Part shown: positions 20,814 to 30,981 of the stretch, piece by piece | Position numbering within the stretch: position 1 is the first letter of the stretch | How the letters are laid out: every line of letters begins with the position of its first letter | Origin: an uncultured virus (IMG/VR IMGVR_UViG_3300031234_000003) | Lineage: Duplodnaviria > Heunggongvirae > Uroviricota > Caudoviricetes | Virus record (IMG/VR): IMGVR_UViG_3300031234_000003 | Reading direction: 5' to 3' (one strand) | Length of the DNA: 64,000 nt | The notes under the pieces: generated by a model | Databases searched by the model: none | Told to the model about the DNA's origin: nothing | What the model saw: the letters and a program-made list of their open reading frames with translations, nothing else | Translations under genes and position numbers: made by a program

Positions 20814-20890
20814 TTCGGGTTAGCTCAAGCTTAGGCAGAGCAGCCGCGCAAGCGGAAGACTGGCGGGTTCGACTCCCGCCCCCTAAACCA
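20814..20890 (+). ncRNA. tRNA-like element with GCAA tetraloop in place of the anticodon loop
   Basis: D arm TAGCTCAAGCTTAGGCAGAGC, CCGC-GCAA-GCGG, T arm GCGGGTTCGACTCCCGC, ACCA; acceptor stem imperfect. Confidence 0.6.
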
Positions 20891-20926
20891 TCTTTTAGAC
20901 TGATAAGAAGGGAGACAACGTGATTT

Positions 20927-21481
20927 ATGGGAATGGCAGACACATTAGTTCTTGACCTCTCGAACAGGCCCATCGGGTTTGTGAGTTGGCAGCGTGCCGT
21001 CAAGATGTACTGGGAAGACCGTGCCGAAATCGTGAAGGAAGACCCGCACGTTTTCCTGCACTCCCCGTCCATCGAGATGAACATGCCTCGTGTCATCAAG
21101 GCGAAGAACTACGTCGTCAAGCGGCTGAAGTTGAGCGTGCCGTTCTCTCGTCGTAACATCGCCCTGCGTGACAACAGCGAGTGTCAGTATTGTGGCAAGT
21201 TCTTGCACAGTCACGAGTACACTCTGGATCACGTGATCCCGCGTTCGAAGGGTGGATTGTCCACGTGGCTGAACTTGGTCTTGGCTTGCATCAAGTGCAA
21301 CAAGATGAAGAACAACCACACGTTGGCCGAGTCTGGCATGACGCTCCGTAAGAAGCCCATGGAGCCGAAGGCAACCGACCCGCGTTACAACTTCAAGCTG
21401 CACATCAAGAAGCTCCGTCCCGAGTGGAAGGAGTGGGCTGATGGGGGCTGGCTCTACTGGAACGTGGAGTTAGACAAGTAG
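20927..21481 (+). CDS. HNH endonuclease (McrA-like)
   Basis: FSRRNIALRDNSECQYCG...TLDHVIPRSKGG..TWLNLVLACIKCN. Confidence 0.92.
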   Translation: MGMADTLVLDLSNRPIGFVSWQRAVKMYWEDRAEIVKEDPHVFLHSPSIEMNMPRVIKAKNYVVKRLKLSVPFSRRNIALRDNSECQYCGKFLHSHEYTLDHVIPRSKGGLSTWLNLVLACIKCNKMKNNHTLAESGMTLRKKPMEPKATDPRYNFKLHIKKLRPEWKEWADGGWLYWNVELDK

Positions 21482-22226
21482 GATGACACCGAACGGTAAC
21501 ATTTACGAATGTCGCCGTTCGGTGACACCCAAATATTCCCGAACGGGAACATTCCGGGAATGAGATTGGATGCACAATAGGTTGCCCGACAGGGAACATT
21601 TCGTGCACAGGATATAACTATGGCGAGGGAGATTGGCGGCGTCGAGTTCGGATTACGCAGTCTTCCCCTCATGGGTGTAGGTCTGGTGCTGGCAATTAGC
21701 ACTCAGATGACCGACACGAAGAAGCTCTGGGGTATGCTGGCTCTGGAGATCGTTTTAGGAATCGCCGCAATTGGGGCGTGGATTGTGAAGGCATAATGGC
21801 AGGCGTACCGCATATCCGAGGCTGCTGGTTTTGCTTCCTGAATAAGCTGATGGCGACCCTTGGATTCGCCGCGATTGGGATTGTTTGCGTCTGTGCCATG
21901 GTCTGGGATGCGGCCCATCATCACTATCTGACGGCGGCAAAGGATTTGGTGGGTTACTTCATAGCTCTCGTGGCTATCAGCGTGGTGCCGAAGTTGATAG
22001 ATGGCTGGTCGGGGCTTTTGGACAGGGTACTGCCTGATGGTAAATGATCTTCAGGCACTATCGAAAGCATTAACATGGGGTGCCGCTGCCTACGATAGGG
22101 CATCTGAGAAAGAATTAGCCGACCTCATCCTGAAGGATCGGGCTCGGATCGAAGAGGAATTGAATCGGGACGGACAGACAATCGTCACGTTTCGCGGTTG
22201 CCCGTATCGGGTAACCAGAAAAGTTT

Positions 22227-22304
22227 GACTCGGTAGCTCAGTTGGACTAGAGCGTCTCTCTCCTAAAGAGAAGGTCGTGAGTTCGAATCTCACTCGGGTC
22301 ACCA
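22227..22304 (+). tRNA. tRNA-Arg(CCT)
   Basis: TCTCT-CTCCTAA-AGAGA arm, ACCA. Confidence 0.93.
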
Positions 22305-22608
22305 TATTTTATGACGTTCAAAGCGAAGTGGATGCAAAAGTTGAGCCGCTGGCTGTGCGAGCATGACATGCACGCTTGGACATACACGAGGTTGAAGGCT
22401 TTATGGCCTGAGTGCGGCGGGGTTACAGCATGTGCGTTTGACCGTTGCTGTGATGCTTGTGGTAAGATGGAGTCGGGAGCGGACTGGTTCTAGGAGGATC
22501 ACATGCTCGACGTAAAGTTTGACGGCGTGCTCGACGAATTTCTTGCTCAATTGACTGGCGAAGAGGGTATTAGATTACAGATCGCCATGTCGGTCACGGA
22601 GAACAAAG

Positions 22609-22833
22609 ATGCCAGTGCTGACGGTAGAGTTCAACGACAGGATGAACGACATCCTGCAAGAGTTAGCAGATAAGAAGGGTTGCACCAAGGTGGACATCCT
22701 TCGTCGGGCTGTGGCGCTGTACAAGTACATCACCAACGAGCTTCACTGCCGCCGCAAGGATGATTTGGTGCCGAAGCGGTTGGTGATTCGCAACAGTGAA
22801 GATGTGATTCTGAAAGAAGTCATGGTGCCGTAG
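22609..22833 (+). CDS. ribbon-helix-helix (CopG-like) DNA-binding protein
   Basis: LTVEFNDRMNDILQELADKKGCTKVDILRRAVALY pattern. Confidence 0.7.
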   Translation: MPVLTVEFNDRMNDILQELADKKGCTKVDILRRAVALYKYITNELHCRRKDDLVPKRLVIRNSEDVILKEVMVP

Positions 22834-22992
22834 TGGAGTTGAAAGAGTTTCTCATCATAGCGTTGCCGTTCCCGAACTCGACTTTAGAGTCGGAGTACAC
22901 GGAGTTCGCTGTTGATGATGAAACGGCCCTGAAACAGTTTGAAGCTCGGTTCCCGCTATGGCGGGTCAAGAGCGTGACCGAGAAGTAAAGAT

Positions 22993-23066
22993 TGGCACAT
23001 CGTTCAACGGCAGGACCCTTGCCTCTGGAGCAAGGTATCGGGGTTCGAATCCCTGTGTGCCAGCCA
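22993..23066 (+). tRNA. tRNA-Gln(CTG)
   Basis: Canonical cloverleaf, U1:A72, GCCA. Confidence 0.93.
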
Positions 23067-23442
23067 AGTTTTAGAAAGTAGTAGTTGTGAATCGAACGTT
23101 AAAAAACGTTCTACTTGTCGGGCTCGGGGTAGTCATTCCCGGTGCGTCGTTGATATGGCTGTACAAATTCGCCAGCTATGACGCAGAAAAAGAAGATTTT
23201 AGACAGTACGTCGAACAGCGGTTCGACAGGATGAAAGCGGACGAACAGCAATGGTTACACTAAAGATCACACGTACCGCGATGTACCTCGCATATCTGTT
23301 GCAGGTCATCCACGAAGCAGAATAACTATGACTACACTGATTCAAAACTTGTTACCAGCCTTCGCCGCAGGAGCCCTCCTGCTCATTTGCGAAGCTACGC
23401 CGATCCTCTTCACCAGACGAAAACGTTAACCACAATTCGTGT

Positions 23443-23523
23443 GGGCGTGTAGCGGACGGGCCTTCTAAACCCGATCACTGTAATGGACTGAAAATGTGAG
23501 TTCGACCCTCACCACGCCCCCCA
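23443..23523 (+). tRNA. atypical tRNA-Arg(TCT) lacking a normal D arm
   Basis: GGGCGTG/CACGCCC acceptor, CGGG-CCTTCTAAA-CCCG arm, long variable region, T arm, CCA. Confidence 0.65.
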
Positions 23524-23538
23524 AACTTCTTTTCAAAT

Positions 23539-23615
23539 GGGAGCGTGGCAGACTGGGTAATGCACTCGCCTTTTAAGCGATGACCATGTGGGATCGTACC
23601 CCACCGCTCTCACCA
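23539..23615 (+). tRNA. tRNA-Lys(TTT)
   Basis: TCGC-CTTTTAA-GCGA arm, ACCA. Confidence 0.85.
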
Positions 23616-23621
23616 AACTTT

Positions 23622-23705
23622 CCCAGTATGGCAGAACGGTTATGCACCCGACTAATCGGAGACTCGCAAGGGTCAACGGGGGTTCGACTCCCTCTGCTGG
23701 GACCA
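23622..23705 (+). ncRNA. anticodon-less tRNA-like RNA (4-nt loop CTAA)
   Basis: Complete acceptor, D, long variable and T arms plus ACCA; anticodon stem CCGA/TCGG closes only CTAA. Confidence 0.7.
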
Positions 23706-23735
23706 ATTTTCCTCAAGCTGTGGTATTATAGAAGC

Positions 23736-24188
23736 ATGAACCTCACCAAACTGCTCGCCGCGATTTTTGTAGTAGTCCTCATGGCTGCCTGCGAGGTCGG
23801 TGTCCGAGCCAAGATTGACTCCCGTCCCAGCCCCGAAGACACGAAGCTGGGCACAGTCTACGGCACCACAGACGAAGCCTGCCAGTACCAAATCACCCCC
23901 GAGGGAATCATCACCGTCACAGCGGGTTCCTGTCCCGTCTCAAATGACGGCAAAACCCTTACCACGCTGGGAACGGATGACTGTCTGTACGAGATCACCC
24001 AGCACAGTAAGCTTTTGGTGCTGGGATCAAAGCAAGCCCGCGAATGCGGTCGCAAGCATCCCCTCACCGCTGGCGACGTGACAACCGATCTGACCCACGG
24101 TCCCGATGGCTGCGATTACGCCCTCGCCCGAGACGGTGAAGTCACCAAGGTGCCCGGGTCGTGCTGGAAAGTCGGCGGTGCAAAATGA
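23736..24188 (+). CDS. putative lipoprotein with three Cys-containing repeats
   Basis: Lipobox-like MAAC; repeats DEACQY, DDCLY, DGCDY. Confidence 0.65.
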   Translation: MNLTKLLAAIFVVVLMAACEVGVRAKIDSRPSPEDTKLGTVYGTTDEACQYQITPEGIITVTAGSCPVSNDGKTLTTLGTDDCLYEITQHSKLLVLGSKQARECGRKHPLTAGDVTTDLTHGPDGCDYALARDGEVTKVPGSCWKVGGAK

Positions 24189-24791
24189 GCTACCGCCCAC
24201 GTCTCATTAAAAAGTCCTTCACGTTCAAGCGGACGGACGGCACTAAGGTCGAGATGGTCGAACTGGTTTGTTCCAACTGCGGCATGAAGCAACAGGACAG
24301 CGAATATTGGCCAGCCAAGAACCACCTTAAAAAGTGCGCGGAATTCAAGGCTCCCTACAAGTGGACCGAGACCCAGCGGCACGGCGGCGAGCCCGACTAC
24401 ATGGGCAACTACGATATGTTCGACTGGAGCCTGTGTTGCAACGGACGGGCGCTCGGGTCTTCGTCAGGTTCTCACGGCAAGAAAACGCTGGACGCCTTGA
24501 ATAAGTTCCAGATCAGCCCCTACCAGTACAACCAGACGGACTGGCGGGCGATCTGCTTTCCACAGGAGTACGTCAACGAGAAGAAATCTCATCTCATCCA
24601 TCTGAGTATGAAGAAGAAAACCTTTCTCGCGGATCACGACGAAGAAGTGAAGAAAATTCAGAAGGAAATCAAGCAGGCGCAAGGATGATCTGTAAAGTGT
24701 TGTAAAGATGGAATCTAAATTCTTTGACTATGCATCTCATGTATTATAACTTTGCCCGATAACTCGGGTTAGATCAAAGTGAGGTAACAAA

Positions 24792-25190
24792 ATGCGTAAA
24801 TTTTTGGCTTCTCTCCTTGTTGCATTCGCGATGTTCGTGGGCGTTACAGTAATCCCAGCAACGACCCCAACGGCGGCGGCTCAGATCGCTGTCGAAATTG
24901 GCGTACCGCCTGTGTGCGAGTACGGCTACTATGACTACTACCCTTACGAATGTGCGCCCGATGGCTTTTACGGCCCGGGGTACTTCTACAACGGCATTTT
25001 CCTCGGCGTCGGTCCTTGGTGGGGCTGGGGCTACGGACACGGTTGGGGCGGGCATCGCTTCTACGGTGCTGGCGGCGGTCGGTATCGCGGTAATGGGCGC
25101 GGCGGCTATCGCGGTGGTGCAGTTCGTGGCGGCGGTGGATACCATGGCGGCGGCGGATCGCACGGCGGTGGGCATGGCGGACACAGGTAA
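24792..25190 (+). CDS. exported Gly-rich protein
   Basis: Own TTGACT/TATAAC promoter, GAGGT RBS, signal peptide, PPVCEYGYYDYYPYECAP motif, Gly-rich tail, own terminator. Confidence 0.8.
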   Translation: MRKFLASLLVAFAMFVGVTVIPATTPTAAAQIAVEIGVPPVCEYGYYDYYPYECAPDGFYGPGYFYNGIFLGVGPWWGWGYGHGWGGHRFYGAGGGRYRGNGRGGYRGGAVRGGGGYHGGGGSHGGGHGGHR

Positions 25191-25206
25191 TTTCTGAGGC
25201 GGTCAG

Positions 25207-25242
25207 AAAAAGCCCCGACCTAAAATCGGGGCTTTTTCTTTT
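25207..25242 (+). terminator. intrinsic terminator
   Basis: AAAAAGCCCCGA/TCGGGGCTTTTT. Confidence 0.85.
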
Positions 25243-27130
25243 CGAGTTTCTTTGGTATTATGAGGTATGCGCGAACGCGAGCCCAACGTGGTCGATGTCC
25301 GAGTTCTCAACTCCGAGAACAACACGTACTACTACTTCACAGCCCGTGAAGATCGATTGCGGGACTTCTACCAATCCATCCTGAAAGATCGTCGCGCAAC
25401 CAACGGTCCATGGATGCCCGGACTGAGCTACGCTGCAACCTTCGGCGTCAAAGCCATCTTCTGCCTCATGCCCGATAAATTTCCCGCTTTAGATGTCCTT
25501 ATTTGGCTCCGCGACAACCAGAAGCAATACCTCGGGGAGTACCCCAACCCCACAATAGCTCTCCCCGAACTTGAGATCGCCTTGGAACGATTTGCAACTC
25601 TCGCCTCACAGTTGTATCAGAATGGTTCGGGAGAAGAGATCAGGACGGAGCCCAATGTCGTCGAAAATTAAAATCTGCCCGTTTTGGAATACGCGGAGGC
25701 TGGTAATGAGAATCCCAGAGGAAAAATGAATCTCAAGTTAAAGTACGCTATCCTGATCCCGCTGCAAAGCGTCATCCCGTTCACCCTGCTAATCTGCGGC
25801 CCGTATGTCGGTCTGGTCGCGAGAACCCATAATGGGCGACTCGTCCAAATCGTGGGCGGGTCACTGACGATAGTTCTTCTCGGGACAGCGCAATACTTTC
25901 TGGGGTACTGCCGCGAGAGGAACATCAGGAAATTCTTTGCCGACATCCGAGCACGCGGTTCGCGCTCAGTCTCAGTCGGCGGAAACGTGGATGTGATATG
26001 AGCTTCGAAGACTTGCGGTTCAAACTACGCGAACCAAACGTCCAGTTCGGCATTTACATCGTCGCTCTGGTCAGTTGGATCGTATTCTGTATTGTGAAAA
26101 AGTGAGACCATGAGCTACGAAGTCTATGGAACGCAAGGTCAGGGCGGCGGCGAGCATCCCGACGAGACTTTTCCCACGCTGGAAGAGGCGCTGGCGTTCG
26201 TCAAGACGCACAAAGAGGACGGTTCGTGGGGCATCAAGTACCCCGATGGGACGTGGCACAAGTGGGGTGATGCGTGCGTTGTGTGCGGACGGTATACGGA
26301 GTGGGCTTGCTCGGACTGTGCTATCGACACTGGCAACACGGTGCATGTTTGCAACAAGACCAAGTGCCGTGATACACATGAAGAGACGTGCACTGTGAAG
26401 GGACTTTAATGGGCGTCTATCAGAGCGAGAACGGTTGCTATTACAGCACGCCACAAGAATACGATCAACCTCAATGCTTGGCGAACGGCGGTGATGGCTC
26501 GTTCTTTGGCGAGTTCAGCAAGACGACCGTCAATCGACACCAGCACACCTGTGTCCGCCTGCCGAGTCACACGGGCAAACATCTGTGCGGCAATCAGTAT
26601 TGCAACCACGAATGGGAACAATCATGACATCACCAGCACCGAATCCGTTTTTCATTGCCCGCGAAAAAGGTCCCTGTGGACCGTACACTCTCGCTCTGCT
26701 CCAGACTGAGGACCCCCGCAAAGCAAGCTGCGGCGGCTCATGGCCGTATGGCATTCTTGACCGCCTCTGCAATGGTGGGCTCAAGTCATACTTCTGTTGG
26801 ATATCTGGTGGACACACCTTTGTGGAGTACGAACGCGAGTATCATTACGACAGCAGCGAGACGGCTAACACCAAGTGCTCTCGTTGCAACATGTGGGTGC
26901 CGTTCTAGTGGAAGCCGCCATCCATGCCGCCATCGAATCTTCTCTCGAACCCCGTCTCGGGTACATCGAAGCGGACGAGATTAAGCGTGGTGTGGACGAG
27001 ATGCGACGGCGGGGGTATAATCAGCCAACACTCGACATGTTCCTCTGTCGCATGGTCGGGCGTTTTGGGTTTGACAGGGTGGTTGCGGGGATTCAGCGGG
27101 TGCAAAACAAACGATTGATGGGGGAACTAA

Positions 27131-27877
27131 ATGCTAGAGCTTGATTCCAACCTAACTACACTCGAAAAGATCATCGCCATCGTAGCGGATTACGCTCGTC
27201 AAGGCGGTATGCCGACTAGCTATCTGGACAAGATGGCTGCCGACCTCATCCGTATCCACAAGTGCGAGCCCGCGTTCCTTGGCTTCACGCCCACAGGTAA
27301 GGCCGGTCTGGGCGGCTACCCAGCCGTGATGTGCGTCAGCATCAACGGCGAAGTGATCCACGGCATTCCCTCCGATGACAAAATCCTCCAAGACGGCGAT
27401 GTGGTCAAGCTGGATTGCGGCATCAAGATGCCCGATGGTCAGTACGACGACGGGGCGACGACGGTGCTGGTAGGTGACTGCTCCGCTACCGCCCGCAAAC
27501 TGGTCAAGAGCACCAAGGAAGCTCTCGAAGCTGGCATCAAGCAGGCAAAGGCTGGCAAGACGAACCACGACATCACCAAGGCAATCGAAGCGGTTGCCAA
27601 GCGGGATGGTTTCGCGGTGGTTCATGGCTACGGTGGGCACGGTATCGGCACCGAGCTTCACATGGAGCCGCACATCGCGAATGAGATGCTGTACAAGGAA
27701 GACGGCGAGACTCCCGTGGATGAGCCCGTGAAACTCACGTCGGGAATGCGTATCGCCATCGAGCCTATGTTCGCTTCCAAGCGAGGGTTCGTCAAGACGG
27801 CGGCGGATGGCTGGACACTCCAGATCATCGGCGGCGGTATCGCGGCACACTTTGAGAAGACGGTGACGATCAAATGA
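27131..27877 (+). CDS. map: methionine aminopeptidase type I
   Basis: CVSINGEVIHGIP, DGDVVKLDCG, GGHGIG..LHMEP, AIEPM, AAHFEKTV. Confidence 0.95.
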   Translation: MLELDSNLTTLEKIIAIVADYARQGGMPTSYLDKMAADLIRIHKCEPAFLGFTPTGKAGLGGYPAVMCVSINGEVIHGIPSDDKILQDGDVVKLDCGIKMPDGQYDDGATTVLVGDCSATARKLVKSTKEALEAGIKQAKAGKTNHDITKAIEAVAKRDGFAVVHGYGGHGIGTELHMEPHIANEMLYKEDGETPVDEPVKLTSGMRIAIEPMFASKRGFVKTAADGWTLQIIGGGIAAHFEKTVTIK

Positions 27878-29735
27878 GCAGGGAACAAGTCCTCGCTTTC
27901 GTTCAAACCGAGTTAGCCAGTAAGCTCATTCAGGCTGGCTACAATGACGTGGTGGTAAAGGCATCCGTGGGCGACGGCCGCTGGGGCAACTTGGTGGTCA
28001 GGGTCGAGGCTAAGAAAGGTGAGGAGACAATCACCGAGCAGTGCGTTCACCCGACGATGAGCATGTGGTCGGCTGTGGACATCGTAGATTGTTTCTTTGG
28101 TCTGATAACCCGCGATGCCTTCATCATCAAGGCATACGGAGAAAAACTGGTGACAGTATGACGGCAGGCACGGTATCGGTTCATGTGGTTGACGGTAATC
28201 CGACGTTGGACGCTATCACAGTGTTCTTTCAAGATTTCAACCCGGGTCAAGGTCGCGTGGTAGTCGAGTGCTTCGGTGAAGCGTGGACAGCCTACTTCGA
28301 CGCGATGGGCGGCAACACGATTCGCCAGTTCGTCAGTACCGCAGGCGTGGACTACCTGACCAACAAACTCTCACGCCCGAAGCAGACGAAGACGACGGAA
28401 AAATACCTGCGTCGAATTGTCGAGGCAGTAAAGGCGGATTTGACCCCGCGAGAAGTTGATCCAGTCGAAGCCAAATTTCAAGACGACATTCGGTCGTCAT
28501 TGGGGTACTGATGAAAATCACCATCCTACGTCTCGTCGTCATTACGGGCATCATCCTTCTGGTCTTGCACGCTTGCAAGGCTCACGCCGACATTCCTTCA
28601 CCTCGCCCACCTCTTCCACAAAAAGAACTGGTGAGTACCATTCAAAAAAATCATAAGGGCGGCAAGTGGTACATGGCGGACGACGGTCATGCGATCTACT
28701 GCTACGGCCCGCAGCGGATGATTCCCGGTCCAGATGGCAACCTCATGAAGATCGCTACATTCTGCTCTGGTGACCGAGCCATTGTGAAACTGAGGGAATA
28801 ATGACTCCTCCCGTATCTCAATTCGAGGTTCTTTGCGGCATGATCGTGCTGATGTGGATCGCCTTTGGCTGCATAGGTGTCATCGGCTGGCGGCAAGAGC
28901 GTAAGCAGCCGATCAAGATATACCGCATCGGTGCGCGGGCATTCACCCTTTTCTGCATCATCCTCCTGACCGCGTTCTTCACGGTTATGCTTGGGGGTGT
29001 TGCGGTGATGGTCTCTAACGAACCCCCGCCCGCCGTCAAGACGATCCCGTCAGCACCCGATGGCTGGTGGAAAAGTTATAACCGTAGATAATCTCCAAAA
29101 CTCAGTATTATCCTTTAGACCGAGACGCATGGTCTAAAGACATGAAACGTACAGAGAAACCATTGACGCAAGACGAACTACAACGCTACGAGCGGGCTCT
29201 CACACTCTGGGAGCGGGGTCTCAAGAAAGAGACTGCCGAACTGGACGCCAGAGAAGCCGATCTTCGAGAACGAGAAGCCGAGGTCGGCATATTCTATATG
29301 CCCGAGCCTGTGTCGGGTGCGGGAGACATCACTCTCGAATCCATGCAGGCAATGTATCACCAACTCACGCCCAAATCGAAAAAATCCGTCGTTTTCGATG
29401 ACGACGGCTGCACCATCACCCCCGAAGAATTCGTTACCACAATCCCAGCTTGCGGTCAAAAATGCTACGAAGGTGGTACTCACACCGCTGACTGTGCGCG
29501 TATGATCTATCTGGAAGTGGAACGGCTGGGAAATCTGTAGGAGACAATCATGAGAGCTTGGCAAGTATCATACGACGCCCCAGGCCAGTACAGCCCAAAA
29601 CACGCGGTAATCTTTGCGGCAGACGCAAAGTCCGCCCTGAAGAAATTCACCAAGAAATCGAAACTGAGCGACCGTGCGGTATCGAAGGTAGAAGAAGTTC
29701 CCTCCACACTCCAGATCAGCTAATCTACAAACACA

Positions 29736-29761
29736 AAAGCCCACCATCTCAGGTGGGCTTT
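29736..29761 (+). terminator. intrinsic terminator
   Basis: AAAGCCCACC/GGTGGGCTTT. Confidence 0.7.
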
Positions 29762-29946
29762 GCGTAGATTCTAGATCACCTCCCCTTATGGTTGGACTTT
29801 TGTTTGCCGACAACCTCCTGTGGTTGTCACGGTGGTTGATCCAAAGAACGCGATGTTCATGCAAAGTCCTCCTTGGGGAGTATTAAGTTGTATGGGGGCT
29901 TACCCCCTTGTGTTGCTCTATTAAGTGATCTCGGTAGCGGTGAAAT

Positions 29947-30980
29947 TTGACCCAACAAGACAAAGTTTACGGCGCAATCTTCGGAGAGGCAATAGGCGAT
30001 GCGCTGGGACATCCTCGGGAGTTCGCTAACTCCAAATTGGTGATGAACGACCTCGGCGTCAAGGTCTGGTCACCTCTGGTGATCGAAGACCTGCTTCCCA
30101 ACAACACGTTCACCGACGATACCCAGATGTTCTGCTGTATCGGCGAAGCCCTGCTCTCCAATCCCCCGCACATCGACGAAAGTCGGTTCATGGAGGCTGT
30201 CAGCCAGAACTTCGTGGTCTGGCGGGATACCCCGCTAGGGGGCTCGCACAGGGCTCCCGGAGGCTCCTGCATGGCTGGAGTCCGCAAATTGGGGGCTGGG
30301 GTGCCTTGGCTCGAATCAGGGGGCTTACAAGCCAAGGGAGACGGCACAGCGATGCGTTCCGGCGTCGTGGGAGCCTACTATTGGCAAATGCCTGACTACG
30401 CCTTCAGGATCGGCTGCCTGACCGCCGTAAACACCCATTACAATCTGGAGCCCATCCTTGGAGCGGGCATTGTCAGCTATCTGGTCGCCGCGAGCATAAA
30501 GGGAATCGAATTTTCAACCGCCATGGGGTGTGCGCTGAAGCTCGCCTCCGAGTTCGACGACATGACCGTGGTAGCCCATTATCCCCAGCAAGTACGCCTC
30601 GGACCCGGGGAAGCCGACCAGAACCCGTGGTACGCTATCGGGCATATTGCGGCCGCTTTTTGCTTTGGAAATGGGAAAAGGGTCAATATCGGAGCCTTTA
30701 ATAAGTGGAATGGGGACGACTTCGCCGTCATCCCAGCGGTAGCCGCAGCCGTGTTCTTTAACGCACGATATGACACCTACCGCAATGTGGTTCTGAACTG
30801 CGTGAATAACACGGGCGACTGCGACACTACCACCGCCATAGCGGGCACCATCATGGGGGCTCGGGTGGGCAACGATGGATTGCCGAATACTGGCGGACGC
30901 GAATCGAACTGCGTGATTATCTCGATGGACTTGCGAAAAGAACATGGGAAGCCAGTATTAAAGTGAAAGAGGAAGCATAA
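29947..30980 (+). CDS. ADP-ribosylglycohydrolase (DraG/ARH family), with a probable 1-nt frameshift near the 3' end
   Basis: AIGDALG, TDDTQM, GDGTAMR, GDCDTTTAIAGTIMGA; the annotated frame stops at 30966, while a family-like tail lies in another frame ending 30980. Confidence 0.9.
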
Positions 30981-30981
30981 A

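Noticed and set aside
21489..21600. CRISPR array
   Set aside because: Only three degenerate 15-bp repeats and no cas genes in the window; kept as a repeat finding.
23070..23190. Hairpins GAACGTT/AACGTTC and TGCGTC/GACGCA after tRNA-Gln
   Set aside because: The stems are short and the region may hold tiny ORFs; insufficient support for an ncRNA call.
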